In this document: in pieces, positions 50,926 to 64,000 of the stretch | Layout: each line of letters begins with the position of its first letter | Numbering within the stretch: position 1 is the stretch's first letter | Origin: Catajapyx aquilonaris | Taxonomy: Eukaryota | Assembly (NCBI GenBank): GCA_000934665.2 | Contig: KZ538204.1 | Location: 1-64,000, forward strand | Direction of reading: 5' to 3' | Length of the DNA stretch: 64,000 bases | The notes under the pieces: generated by a model | The model's database searches: none | Told to the model about the DNA's origin: nothing | What the model saw: the letters and a program-made list of their open reading frames with translations, nothing else | Program-made: the position numbers and the translations under genes

Positions 50926-53900
50926 TATATAGTTCGGCAGGTCCCGGGAGGCTGCACTTGTGAGCCCAAATAACAGACTTTAACCTTTTGACCTGGGCTT
51001 AGGTTTCACTTCTTGGATAAAACTGCACCGTCTAAATAAAAAATTTGTTTTCAGATTTTGAGAACACAGTTTGTATCAAGCAGGTGTCCATTTCAATGTA
51101 GATGTTCTGGTTACCTTACCCGAAGACTCTTCCCATAAATCTTAGATTTTACTGAAAATAAGATGCCAATGGTAGGTCTTGTGTTGTACAGCAGGGGCAT
51201 GTTAAGCATTAAAATTAACACTAAAGTATTAAAATAAAATTCCTATTTGCAACGAGTGTTGCCATCCTGGCCCATAGAAACTGGATATTTTGAAGAAGAA
51301 AAAATGTTTTCGTATATTTTCGAGGTCACGGGAAAAATATATTTGTATATTCGACTACGTTATGAACTTTTCATTTTTTGAACAAGTTTGGTTTACCCAA
51401 TTACATGAAGTAATTTGCCTTTGTATTCACTCATAACATTTTATGGAAACTGCATGATTTGCATGTTACGAAGTAGGCCTACAAGTCAAATTAATAATAT
51501 TGGTTCTTCACTCTGCAGTATTGTGTGTAATGTGTCGAATAACCTTTTCCAAATCCTCAAAAACTACAATATTTGCCTGACAACTACAGTAAGCCTACTA
51601 CGGTCTTGGTCTCTCAATCATTATACTGAACCTGCTGCTACAGTGATTGGGTCCCTGAATATACCTGCCCTTCGGAGATTCCCTAGAAAACCGATAGATG
51701 ACCTATAGTGAAAAGCTAATTTCCAAAATTGGCTGTTAATAATACAATTTAGTGTTATTTACACAGGTGAAGTCTGAAATAACTGATTGACTATTTGGAC
51801 ATAATTATTTAAAAAGCCAAAGAGCTTCAAGAATATTTGGACAGTTTTCAGGAACATGTTCACAAAAGGTATTTTTTTCCAAACAAAAGCCAAAACCAGC
51901 TTTTCTGTGTCCTGCTTTTTTACAACACGGTTGGCAACAATATACTTTTATACGGACAGATATTCCGGAGGAGGACTCTGGAATCCCCACACTGTCACTC
52001 TTTTATCTGCCTCAGGGAATGAATGCCAAGGGCTAATCTGAAACACCCCGCAAAAATTAAATCACTGCTACTGCCCCAGTCCCACCCCTGCTACACAATT
52101 AAGTTCACATAGCCTGAAGCCCCTCCCCTTCCCATCTCCGCAACTCCACACGACTGCGAACAAAGTATAGTAATATAATATCAATTAAGCATGAAATTAG
52201 TCCCCATCAGAAGTCGCATATCTGGCCTCCCCACAGGATTTAGAGCGCGGTTTTTGACAAGAATGAGAGGAAGGTTTTTGTGCTATCCCGCAGTTAGCAG
52301 GATCCTTCCATCCATCAGATTCCTTAATCGAAAGTAATTCCTCAATCGACGGTCCCTGCCAACAATTCCCTGCGGATGAAAGGGAGTGATTAATTTCTTC
52401 CCCGCGCAGCGGCAATTGGGTTGGGATTATTGCCATGCTCGCGCCACATTCTTATGGCGGATAGGACAAAATTCCCTGGCGATTGGCTGCGGCCAACCCC
52501 AACTCAAATGGCACTCTCATCAAACTTTGATGAAGATTACGGGGACGGGTATGTAGTAGTTTGGGCTGGCCCCCACGTGCAGAGTACACACACACACACA
52601 TTCGACATGATTGATTCTGTCGATGCCTTATGAATATGGGCGGGGCGGGTTTATCACTTACACCGCAAGTCTCTTGAGACATTGTGCGTGATATTAATAG
52701 AAATGCGACTCTTTGGGAGCAGTTGGAGATATACACCGGAACGCATTCAGTGATTTATTTGTATAGAACAAATTGTAAATTATGACTGGTCTCAACCTCG
52801 ATTATTAGGGGCAATAATTTATTTGCGCGGAGTGCGTGGGGAATAATGGAGTGAAGAATCTTTCCTTTCTATCTGATTTTCTGTGCTTTATCGTCTAGGG
52901 ACCACAGGGTTCAAGACCGGTTCCCCGCCGTACTTATTTCCTTTTATTGTGTCCTTACGCTTGCCGGATTGTTGGGCAGGCGTGATGTTCCAAACGTGGC
53001 TTCCTAGGTGTGGCAAAATAAGTTAGTGCCCATAAACTTCCATGCGCTTCCTTTCTACGATTTGGACGCCATTGTAATGTTAAGCAGCGTTTTCTATTGA
53101 ATGCAAAAATGCTGCCGCACATGGAGACACACACAAATCGATGACCAGCGGTAAGTTCAAAGGGAATTGCGATTCAAATCCTACTTTTGAAAGGATTTCT
53201 ATAATGTACACTCGCAGCATAATGTTGCTTGGTATGTACCCTTTAGAGTGGCAATTATTGCATTTTAGGTGCGGTAGCCGCTAAGTAAGACCGTACCATA
53301 ACATTTCAACAATGAATTTTTCCAAAATCTTGTTCTTCTGGTTGTTACGTTTTTTAAATTCGCCCTAACTCAAGTTCTGCTGCAGGTAGAGCTTCCAAAT
53401 CTTGAACACCGATCCCCACCGTCGCGTCGTGAGGTGCATTCCTACCATTTACAGCTAAACTGAATTCCTCTTCAAAACACCGCAAAAAAACTAAAACCAC
53501 TAAAAATGCGTTTTTATTTTTTTGCTCAATAATATTGTCGTACGGTTTGTGAGAATCAGCAGTGCCAGCATAGTTGGGTTGGTTGGTTTATGCTTAGTGG
53601 AGTGCTTGCGGCGTGAGTCGTGAGAAAGTCGTTGCAGGAGCAGTAAAGGAAATGGCCGGGCAAGATTCAGCGTCAAAACAACTTTAATAACTTGGCCCAA
53701 GACCCCGCACAATGAACTCATAAATAATAAATAATCAATGCAACCAGAACAATCTTCTTCTTGAGACAATTAACTGTCGCCTTCATTCTTGACGATCGTG
53801 AGCATGATCGTTAGTTTCCGTAGTCTTTTGTCGACGGATAGCTAAATCAGTATAGTCCTGCCATCCCAAGAAAAAAAGCGAAAAAAGCCTTATTTACAAA

Positions 53901-54012
53901 ACTGGCATAGACAAAAACAATGACGAAAGACATGCCTAATGACTCTCGTATTGACCCAATTTAATGATTATTCCAGTACTTTCTCCGGTTCAGTTTAATT
54001 ATATTTGAAACC

Positions 54013-54396
54013 ATGGAATCGGACTTGTTGTTATTTGTTATAAGAACCAGCGCTATGATCATCAAAGAATGCTGCTCTGATGCAAAATATCGTTTCCAGA
54101 TTTTTTTTTGGCAAGATCTGAAGCAGTGGGCCTGGGACATGAGCAAGTCCACTATCTCCTACTCCACATGGGAGACACTGATGGTCACAGCTACTATCGT
54201 CGTTATCATCAAAGTCTTGAAACCTGCATTCAAGTTTTGCATATCGATGGTAGTGGCGAAAATCACTGCAATGATCCATCACTTCATGTTTGAAGAGTTT
54301 CATGAAATATTTCTGGTCCCCATCTACATGCCCCCAGGATGGGCTATACCAAACATTGTCCCTCCAGTGCAGCGCCCAAACCGGCGTCAAGGCTAG
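54013..54396 (+). CDS. Candidate small intronless orphan protein, 127 aa, with a central hydrophobic segment
   Basis: ATG in AAACCATGG context about 20 nt after an Inr-like TCAGTT; open frame; upstream region conserved with a decayed copy at 25.7 kb. No family recognised. Confidence 0.4.
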   Translation: MESDLLLFVIRTSAMIIKECCSDAKYRFQIFFWQDLKQWAWDMSKSTISYSTWETLMVTATIVVIIKVLKPAFKFCISMVVAKITAMIHHFMFEEFHEIFLVPIYMPPGWAIPNIVPPVQRPNRRQG

Positions 54397-54642
54397 GACG
54401 ATGCTCACCGGGGATATCTTCAATGCTGAGTTTACCCCTACAGTATTAATGGTATGTGCGTTAAAGAGCATCTCAGATGTAGTGTACAGTATAATAATAT
54501 TATGTGTGTAACATAACACCTGTGGAGTATATAATATTATGTACGCTGCAATGAGCAAGTGCACAAGGTACGTGCGTGAAATAACATCTCCTCTGATGGT
54601 GTGATGGGTAAGTAGGTTACAGTAAAGTTTTAAGTTATACTA

Positions 54643-54936
54643 CGAGGTCGGCTTGAAAAGTATTGCCTCATAGGCGATGATTTCAAAACTTATGCAAGAT
54701 AATCACATTTATAAACAGTAATTTCTAGTTAAAGCTTGGACTTTCCATCAACTGAATGCATCAACTGGTCCGACTTTGGCGCATGCGTGTGACTAGTGAT
54801 GGTGACTTTACAGAAAAGTAATCACACCACCAGGTAGAGGACAGTCCAAACTGTCGCAAGACATACAGTTTACGCGATTATCATGCGTATTATTGAAATT
54901 ATCTCATAGGAGGCCAAACTTTTCAAACCCACCTCA
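54643..54936. mobile_element. mariner-type MITE
   Basis: TA|CGAGGTCGGCTTGAAAAGT ... ACTTTTCAAACCCACCTCA|TA. Confidence 0.7.
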
Positions 54937-54955
54937 TATATATCTTGGTGTAATA

Positions 54956-56200
54956 TGGGATACCGGGGCCGGTTGTAACATGGCCAATATTAGTTGAGTT
55001 TGGAAAACCCTGAAGCTGAAATCAACGCAGGGCGTGTGCTACCAAGCTTAGGTTTATGCTCCTTTTTTTGTTCTGCGTGAGCAAACCACAAAATTAAGGT
55101 ATGTGTTCCAACTTTTTTTGAGTGCATATAATCAAATGATTGTGGGTAGGGTAAAGATGTCATTAAATTGCCCTTGATATTATGAAATAGCTTCCTTTAG
55201 TGGGATCACACTGCTGACGGTGTGGGTGCAAGGCTTGTGCATAGCGAAAAGTGGTAGAGATATCTTCAAAATAACAGGCAATGGGGACGGTTGTAGTGTA
55301 ACATGTTACAACTGACTCTCCTGCTTGATTACTAGCTGCTCTGGCATTTGTAAAGAAACATAATACGGTATGCAACCGAAAACCTAATACCAAGTAATGT
55401 CACTGACAGGACACCAAGTACAAGGAAACATGTTTGATGTTTCCAATCGAGGTTCTAAACAAGCAGAGATGGAAGATGCTGCTAAATTAGTTTTACAACA
55501 AAACTGCTGAGTGCGTTCTGTTGAAAATAGTTTTGAGTTGTGCCATGTGACACTCTACCGGTTTTTGCAAAATAAACTAAATCACACGAACAAATTGGCA
55601 TAACGGCTTACTCATCTGTGGGCTATTCGACTCACAATTTATTGTTTTTTATTATGCTCGAGAAGAAGAAAATAAATTGTGAAGGAAGGTCAAATCTAAT
55701 CCAGAGTGTTACATCCACTTAGCTCACATGATATACAGAGTAAATAGACATTACCTCATGAAACAAAGTATTTAAAACATTGTCAAAAAGTTATATAATT
55801 CAAAAATATACATTATTTTATAATATACGTATCTTGCTGAGTAAACTTCAGTATTTCAAGGGATAAATAATCGAGGTGTATCAAGAATAAGTTAATTGTA
55901 GAGAATATGAGTGGGTCTTGCATATTACATTTTCCATTTAAGACAGAGTGTTACAATCGACCCTGCTCTCTCTGTTGCAACTGTCTTTATAATATTTACG
56001 ACGAGATCGGTAATTGTAACACACTGCCTTGTCTTGAAATCAATTTTTTATCCTAAGGTTTCATAATGATTACTTTTAGAGAGGGGAACGTTGTGTTATT
56101 TCGACCATGTCAATGATGTCATAAATATTTACGTAAATGCATATGGAACGGAATGTAAAAATCAAGATAAGAAAGTGTTACAACAGACCCAGGTCTCCCC
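54956..56200 (+). mobile_element. Deleted pogo-like DNA transposon with a pipsqueak-type HTH remnant
   Basis: Ends TGGGATACCGGGGCCGGTTGTAACA / TGTTACAACAGACCCAGGTCTCCCC flanked by TA; internal TGTTACAA reiterations; MEDAAKLVLQQNC*VRSVENSFELCHVTLYRF at 55469-55565. Confidence 0.65.
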
Positions 56201-59200
56201 TATACATGTATACACCACAAGTGCTGTGGTGTTGTGCAGACAATTGCATACATGTACTAAACTGTGTACAAACTGTACATGGAGACTCTTTTCATTTACA
56301 GTTCATGCCGAGGTGACCATGCCCATCAGCTAGCACTGACCGTCCCCGACAACCTGGTTACACCTGTGGTCCAATCCAGAAAAATTTGCCAGAGATAAGT
56401 GTGATGAATAAATTATTTGAGTTATGTAATGTATGTTTGGTAAATTGTTGTATGTCCCTATGGGCTATGGCCCTATGTAAAGTATGCATGGACATGTCGG
56501 AATTGACGTGTGTCCATTTGTCTGAGGCTGGAGGCCGGAACTTTGAAGCTAGAAGTCATGGCGAGGGAACGATCAATGTAGGGACTGTGGACTGTCCGTC
56601 AATTTTATTATTGTCATTTTCGTTGATTAAGCCCTGTTATATAGCTACTTGTACGCTTCAGAAAAACTCTAATAATTCTGTTGTACACATAGGCGGTGGG
56701 AAAGTGAGAATAAAGAGTGGCCAGAGACAGAAGAAAGAACATTGGGCGGGGGGAATTGCTTCAAAACTGTATAGTGTATACCAGCAGTATACTGACAAGG
56801 GAAGGCCGCGATGTGACACCAACGAATGGCTATCAAACATTATATACCGTATCGTTTCAATTTCTTCCCAAAGCTCCCAAAATACGACAAGTAAGTTAAT
56901 AGCTTAGGTTCTGAATTTATCATTTGCACTGACGGTCGGTTCCACCAATTCTTTAAACTGTAAGTTAAGTGCTAACTGGACCTTAGTCCCTGAATATATT
57001 GTGTTTCTCCAACGCGCAGTGTTGTGTAATCGGTTGATTAGCCTACTAATTACTGGCAAAATTCAACCTTTTAATATAAAGAGTCGTTTACTGCGTGGGA
57101 GTAAGGAAAGAGAAGTCCAACAAGAAAGTGTCAACAAAAACCTTCTTTCATTGATAACACTGCCATTGTCGGCGGCCATAACGAAAAAAATCAATCCGAC
57201 AACGCCGCTCTCCAACCGGGGTTGGGGTTAGCTAACAAACGGCTTAACTGACAGTTAGGATGGTTAATGGAACCTGCCCTGAGTGGATTATTACTATTGG
57301 CCTTCCAGTTGGAACGAGCACAAATCGTATGGAAATGCTGAGTCGATTTGCTTCCCTTGCAGAAGTCATTTTGGCTTTAAACTAAAACAACTCTTTCGAA
57401 TTTTCATTATTTAACACTAATGTCACGGTTAACTAGACGTAGGAATGACGCTGCCTATGGGTCACAATGCTAACATTTCCTTCACAGACTTGGCTCATTG
57501 GAAATCGGCATCTCAATTTTAGTTTAAAACAAAACGACCGGAATCGTCCATTATTCTTGCTAATTTGGGGTCAATTTGCAGCAATTAAAATATTGATAGC
57601 CGGGTTTGACTGCAGTTCCCGCTGAAGCGGATTTAGTAGGAAGACCTGCAGGCCATTCCAGCCGGCTGGCATCCACGTGGCAGACGAATGAAAGATTAAT
57701 GGAGTAAGAAGGGGCGAGACAAGAAATCAGCCGCTGGGTCCACAGGGAGGTAGGAGATCTGTTGGGGGTTGGCCAAAGAAGAAGGAGAGAAACCTTAGCG
57801 ACAGTCATGACCGCCATCATTTTCATGGAGGGGGACCCGCTCTCAAGATAAAACGAGGTGGGATAGATCCATGCTCCCTAAATCTGAGGACGGGTCGTCG
57901 GCCATTCGGATGGAAATTACTGGCTGTTGGGCAGGAAACACGAGGCACTTTGCTGACTCTGACTCTGCTGGAGGACTGCTCGTTTTGTGGAGGGTACTTT
58001 TGTGGGTGGTTGGTGCAGCAACCACTCCACATCTACAGTGTACTTAATCGCTTCCGTCCTCCTCAGCCATCGCTCTCTTGCAGCCTCACAGCTTTTCCAA
58101 AGGTCGGTCCATCATCATTAAAGGAGGGCGTACTGACAGTAATCCGCTTGTGGGAGATATGAAACTTAGGGTTGCGGTTATATTTTTTGCACATAGGCTT
58201 TATGGGTTCGATTAGAAACACTCCACTTACGGGACTTGCAGGGAATGATTTTGTTGGGTCGCAAAAGAAGGAGGATTAAGACGCCATTTCGGTTTTCTAA
58301 CAGGGCGTGGCACAATTAACCAAATGTGTGCTGTGCCAATAAAGGTGGAAAATTAATGCGTATGGCTCGTGTCGTAACGACGACAGTCAACTCAGTGATT
58401 TTTTATTAATGTGACGGATTAGTAACAATACGAGCTAAGCATACTTCTTATGGAACGGTCCGAGTTTCTAACTTTCCAATATATTGCACTGCAGCCGGGA
58501 CTGCAGTACGGGACGTTACGGGAGGGAAGAGCATAAAAGTCAGCGTGGTTGAGGTGGATAGGGTACAAGCGTAGGCATAGCATGATCAGGGATTCACATC
58601 TACTGCCACATAGCAGTAGAATAGGTATTCAGATTATAGCCAAGAAATAGGAATCTCCTCGCTAGTCAATGCTAATAGTGCAAAGGTAATGAAGCTGAGC
58701 CCCAGAGCTGTTCAATGATCCATCCATAACGTGAATCCCGTGCATTAGACGCTATATGGTACATTGGTAGGCCGTTTTTGCATTTATAAAGGCCCGGACT
58801 TCCCACTGGAAGCCCTCCCTAGTCCGTGTCACTAGCCAGAAACTAGATCTCCAACCTGCAGTATATGGCTAGAAATAGGCGTCTCGACATTGACTGAGCC
58901 ATAAATTAAGCCCACTCCTAGCGTTAAAGGCGGATGTTATGGCAGCACTTACGATCGTCATCCCACAGGTCAAATGGAATCCGCTTAAACTCAATAAGAT
59001 GGCCGTAAACCTTGATCGAGCTTCACTATTGCGCCAACGACCCTGTTTTCATACCGGACCCCAGTTTCCGAGGGGTCAGGTGAGGTTAGCTCGGTTGCAG
59101 GTCGCGTGTATATGCAGGTGCATATCTCCCAGCTGAGTGAGTGATTAGGCCTGGTTTTATGAGGAACTACACGTCTTTTTCCGAGCCCTTCCCCGGCGAT

Positions 59201-62200
59201 GGAAACCAAGATTTACGGTCGGAAATGATCGAAGGTTATGGGCCCTTGTGCACCCGGATCCTCCCCTAACTCTTCTTTTCGGAGGGATGTTATCGGTGGG
59301 TTTACGGACAAGTGAAGGAGGCGCCGCTTATACTACTTCTACCCCAGAAGCCGCCAGATAAGGCTTCGGGCTAGAAAGAAAATCGTGCAAAGTGCTCTTT
59401 CCTGCCTTCATCGGCCTCTTGCCGCCCTCCTAGTGACACATGGAATTAGTGGAATCTTGGCTTCTAATGATGATGGACGGGACAGACTTCTTTCCGGGCT
59501 GGGGAGAATCCGGAGACCTATGACCGCCACTTCTGGTCCTTGGGGGGGCGTCCATATATTGCAGTGAGAGGGGGATGTGGGTGGTGTTACCTAATGATAT
59601 CGCGCAAGAATGTTTGTGTTAATTACTCTGGTTTACTGTTCCAAAAATTCCCAGGAGAGTTCTTCTTGCTTCCCCCATTTTTGAAATGGGGAGAAATGGC
59701 TACACTACACTGTGCATGTAATTAAGCGGAGGATGTGTGAAATGTAGGGATATACATATGTACACAAGAGTATGGGGGTGGGAGGTTAAAAAGGCATAAA
59801 AAGTGTACACTAATTAATTATGGAGGGCCCCGAAGGGTGGGCGAGCTCACCCTTACGCAAGTTTAGAATCGAGCATTATGGTGCGTTTCACGTGGGAGGG
59901 AGACAAAAATCGCCAAAAGCAGGGTTACGTAATTTATGGAGGGCTCCTATCCGAAAAGGCCGCATAATTGGAGTTATGTGCGGGAAGGCTAATGCCTTGT
60001 TAACTCGGCACGGAACAATTAATACACATTAGCTTTAAAGCTTGACTCGGAGATCAAAATGGCGTTTCTTTGTTAGCTGTGCTCGCCTTGTGTTGTGCAG
60101 GACCGAACGTCGCCTGCTCTGATTTTGGGATAAGTCTAATTAGCAGCCAGATAAAGGTGGGGCGGACTTGAGCAACATATCGGTCCGTGACAAATGGGTC
60201 TCTTTGCGCCCAGGCCCGGCCCTTTGTTTCGTGGGGAGGTTGGGAAAAGATATGTGGAGCCAGGATTCCGAGGGCTTCTCCTGGCAACTAACTGTACGGT
60301 ATCTCCCTCTAGCGCTACCCAGGCTAAATATACACTTTGGTTTAGTCAGCTCCCAAAAGCTGTGCAGGGAACCGTGGGGGGGAATTACTCTATTAGGTTA
60401 AAATTAGGGCACACAATTCGAGATTTACGATGGGAAGTTCAGATAAGAAAGGTAGTTTGTGGCCTAATCCCTAGTGCTGCTTAACATTTATTCTCAGATT
60501 AAGTCATTAGGGGCTTACGATGCGTTTTTGTCTTAAGTTATTACATATTGAGGACATTAGGAAAATGGAAACAGTAATTTGATGGCAGTTCGCGGGAGTA
60601 AAAATGCAGATACATATCTGCGTTGTCTGGAGCCTTCTTTATGAACATTGAGCGGCACACTGCCACAAGTTGCTCGCAGGCTTAACAGCTACTCTTTTCA
60701 TAAATAACAGTAACGGTGAACAGGACTGGACATTCGATTTTACCAACTTGAAATGCAGACTCAAGTGGCCATGAGGTTTAATATTATATTCAAACATATC
60801 TCTACGATACCCATATTCTCAACGGAAAAACTGACTTGACTCTCAGAAGGTACACGTCACACAATGATTGACTCAATTGCGACAAAAAATAATAAAAATA
60901 ATATTCTCTAGGTACGGTATGGGAAATTTCACTTACCTTTATTTGAAAATATTCATCTACAGCAACCCCAAAATGAGCCATAATCATCTGATAGCAACCT
61001 GAAAGTTTTCCAACACTCTATAGGCATATGCCTGCATAAATACGTCCCTGGTGGCACACAAAACGGCGCCATGAAAGCCAGTTCTATCGACACCCCCTTT
61101 TTTTTTACCCCCTTCCCCTAATAAACAAGCTATCCGTCTAGCAAGCTGAGTATGTAAGTTGCATAAAAGCGCAGGATAAACTTTGGCGCCACAAAACGAG
61201 CGAATGCGAAATGAAGCACCTCGTTCACCCGAATATTCCGTCTGTTGTTGGTAAGCAGCAAAAGCAGTGAGGATAGATGGAAGTAAACACATCCTTCAGC
61301 ATAGAAGAGTCGTCGTCTGGACGTGCATTTCAGTCCTGTGAGGAAATGACAGAGTGGATTGGTCTAGTCCAAAAGGCCTCTCCGTCTTGTCTCTAGGCTA
61401 AAAGTGGAGTCGAGAGAGGCGATAATTCAAGCGCCACGAGTCACTTTGTTCTGAAAGGAGCACCCCCCTCTCCAATTGAACCACTTTTAGTGTGGTGACG
61501 GCCAGGCATTTCCACCCTGCCACTGCTCCGGGTTAAATACAACTCCGCAACCATTCCTACTAATTGGACTGGACGTGGGCCTAATGGTGTCAATTAGGAC
61601 CTTGGACTCAGATTTACGCTTATATGTTAGACTGGGCCTGAAATTTGCGAATATCTGGTACGCATGTTGGTATCGGTTGTTGCGCGCACGTTCATGGGCC
61701 TCATTTGAATAACACATGGGAGGAGGGGGGGGGGTGACTTGAACGTTCTGTGTTCTGCAATGTAAATAGGAGCATTTAATTATGTGCCGTGGTTGCGGTT
61801 GGGTGTACAGGGTGTTTCAACAAGGGCAATCCAATTAATAGCGGATGCGAAAGTGCTCTAACAGTTAGTCAAAAGTACCGCAAATCATAAATGTTGCAAA
61901 GAGGCGATTGGCAATTATCGTGCCGAGTTCAAAAATTAATTATTTGGTGGGTATGTCCGTGGGATTTTGCTTAAAAATTGTGGCGGTATAACCTGCGTAA
62001 GATGTCCAAAAAAACATGAAATTTCATGATGTTTCCTGAAAATGTTAATCAAGCAGTAATCAAGCGATGCATATATACCCCCAAAATAACTTATCAACAG
62101 CTTGTATTTGGGATATATTTCAAATTTTCTTGAAATTACAGTACAATGATGTTACACATCAAATTAATAGTAACAAAACATGCAGAGCATAAATAATGTA

Positions 62201-62468
62201 ATAAAGGATAAAAATAATTAATTCCGGCACAAGTTGAATCATTTTAAATTACTGTAATTGGCGAGATTAATAATTTTTCTTGGTGCGTAAAAATTGTGTA
62301 AATTACCTGCATTTAGAGCAGGCTGATAGTACCAATCTTTTTAGATATTCAAACTGATAAACATAAAAAGCTACAAAATAATGTTGCATATTTAATAAAA
62401 TTATTTCATAATTTGGAAAATACTTGTATAGAGAGAGATAATACGTTTCTTTATAATGTACTCAGCCT

Positions 62469-62741
62469 ACCGAAGCAGTTTGGAGGAGGGGATATGGTGT
62501 CCGACTGCTAATCGGGAGGTCCTGGGATCAAATCCCGGGGCCGGCAACTCTGACCGTGGTTTTCTGTGGTTTCCCACGGTCCTTCCAGGAAAATTCCGGA
62601 GCTGCTTCCGTAATTAATAGGCCACAGCCGCTTCCTTCCGTCCCTATCTTATCCCAAAAAGCGCAGTAAAATGAAAGCAAAGAGTTCCAGGCAAAAACAA
62701 ACTTCCTCCCTAAAGAGCCGGTGGCTGATAACGGGGTATGA

Positions 62742-62807
<66 letters not shown>
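62469..62807 (+). mobile_element. tRNA-derived SINE with a long (TTA)n tail
   Basis: B-box-like GGATCAAATCCC, body GGTTTTCTGTGGTTTCCC...GGCCACAGCCGCTTCCTTCC, (TTA)n at about 62743-62807; 13-bp TSD ATGTACTCAGCCT at 62456-62468 and 62808-62820. Confidence 0.85.
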
Positions 62808-62809
<2 letters not shown>

Positions 62810-64000
62810 GTACTCAGCCTTATAAAAATTATGGCGTCACAAGCCTTCAATAGTTGGTTAATATTGATAATCTTGGTAGTCATTATTGCCCATCATGTGA
62901 CTCCAGTACCATTCTACTTGGTATAATAATATACTGTATTATATATTTTTTGTATCGCCTCTTTCCAAAACAATAGACGTAGCCTCAGTATGACATAAAA
63001 CTTTCGTGGGCAAACCAGACACAGGGAAATATGTTAATATTTTCAAATTTTCAATTTATTAACGGCTGGGTACAATATTGGTAATCCGCCTGGCTGTAAT
63101 GCTATAAAAACGTGTGGTGGACAAGGAAGATAAATAGGCGGTGAATTCATTGACACAGGTCAGTTAGGTCACCGCGAGTGGGTTTATTCGTAACTAGACC
63201 TACTGTTTGCACAGTATAATTATGTTCAGGTACATCAGATGTGGAGATTACCTTAAAGTTTGATGAAGGTTTGCGGGGCTTGTCTTGCAGGACCAGAGCC
63301 TGAATTGACTTATTGACCAGGAAGTGCTACATCGTTAAATAACGTTTTTTCTACACACATATTTGCTTGTAGCATACGTGTTCAGAAAGAAGTTACAGTC
63401 ATGAAAATTCCAGAGTACGTTGTGAATTATTTGACAATCTGCGTTGTTGCGTTAAGTACTATCTGGTTCAAATACCTTTGGCCACTTTATCCTGGTCTTG
63501 AAGCAACCCTTCGCACAGACCCCACGTTAAGGAGGTGTCTGCGTGTGAAGGGTTGCTTCATGACCAGGATAAAGCTCTTCCTGCTCTCCTTTTCCTTCCC
63601 TTTTCTCCTTCTCCTTTTCTTTCTTGCCTGTACCACGTGATTAAGTTTTAATCAAGCTAGACGCGTGTGACCAGAAAATGAAGGGATGAAATGCATGACG
63701 ATCAATCACAATTTGACCAATATTAAGTTAGACACTGTTTAATGTATAGGCTTCGAAGGGCCCTTTCACGTGCTCTAGTCAGTTTTATGATGGAAACATT
63801 ACAGTCCTCTATAGAGAAATTTTAAAAATCCCGCAGTAGATACTGCAACCAGAAAAATCCTCGAATCTATTAATGTAATTCAGTCAAGTGGCTCATCATT
63901 CTGCATTTCAGTTCTTCAAATGTAATTCTGACTTTATCAGGAGTACGTATACGGTACACATTTTAAACGAAGCGTATTTATGTTGCTTTTTTGAGTGCAT

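Larger units (their letters stand above)
48943..51037. mobile_element. TIR element hosting several nested insertions
   Basis: About 80-bp inverted repeats ATTTAGACGG...CCAAGAAGTGAAACCTAAGCCCAGGTCAAAAGGTTAA...TGGGCTCACAAGTGCA at both ends. Confidence 0.7.

Noticed and set aside
54031..54564. 177-aa minus-strand ORF
   Set aside because: Antisense shadow of the plus-strand candidate; promoter and start-context conservation favour the plus strand.

Overview
Eukaryotic (invertebrate, probably arthropod) genomic DNA; most ORF-track entries are spurious. I can reconstruct one apparently intact gene: a minus-strand, 6-coding-exon, 402-aa secreted Fasciclin-3-like triple-Ig protein with a GPI-type C-terminal tail (11670-14816). 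Near the start of the window are an intron-retaining, disrupted Piwi-clade Argonaute pseudogene (about 3054-5130) and a two-exon BEN-domain-like coding segment that splices in frame across an LTR-retrotransposon remnant (6083-8259). Two diverged copies of a small orphan gene or promoter unit lie at about 25.7 kb and 54.0 kb. The rest is a dense and often nested set of transposon relics: mariner, piggyBac-, hAT/P-, Kolobok-, Sola-, Harbinger-, CMC- and pogo-like elements or MITEs, AcademX and MULE coding remnants, a gag remnant, tRNA-derived SINEs with target-site duplications, and many near-perfect fold-back hairpins. Family assignments rest on remembered motifs and TIR/TSD signatures, not on database searches.
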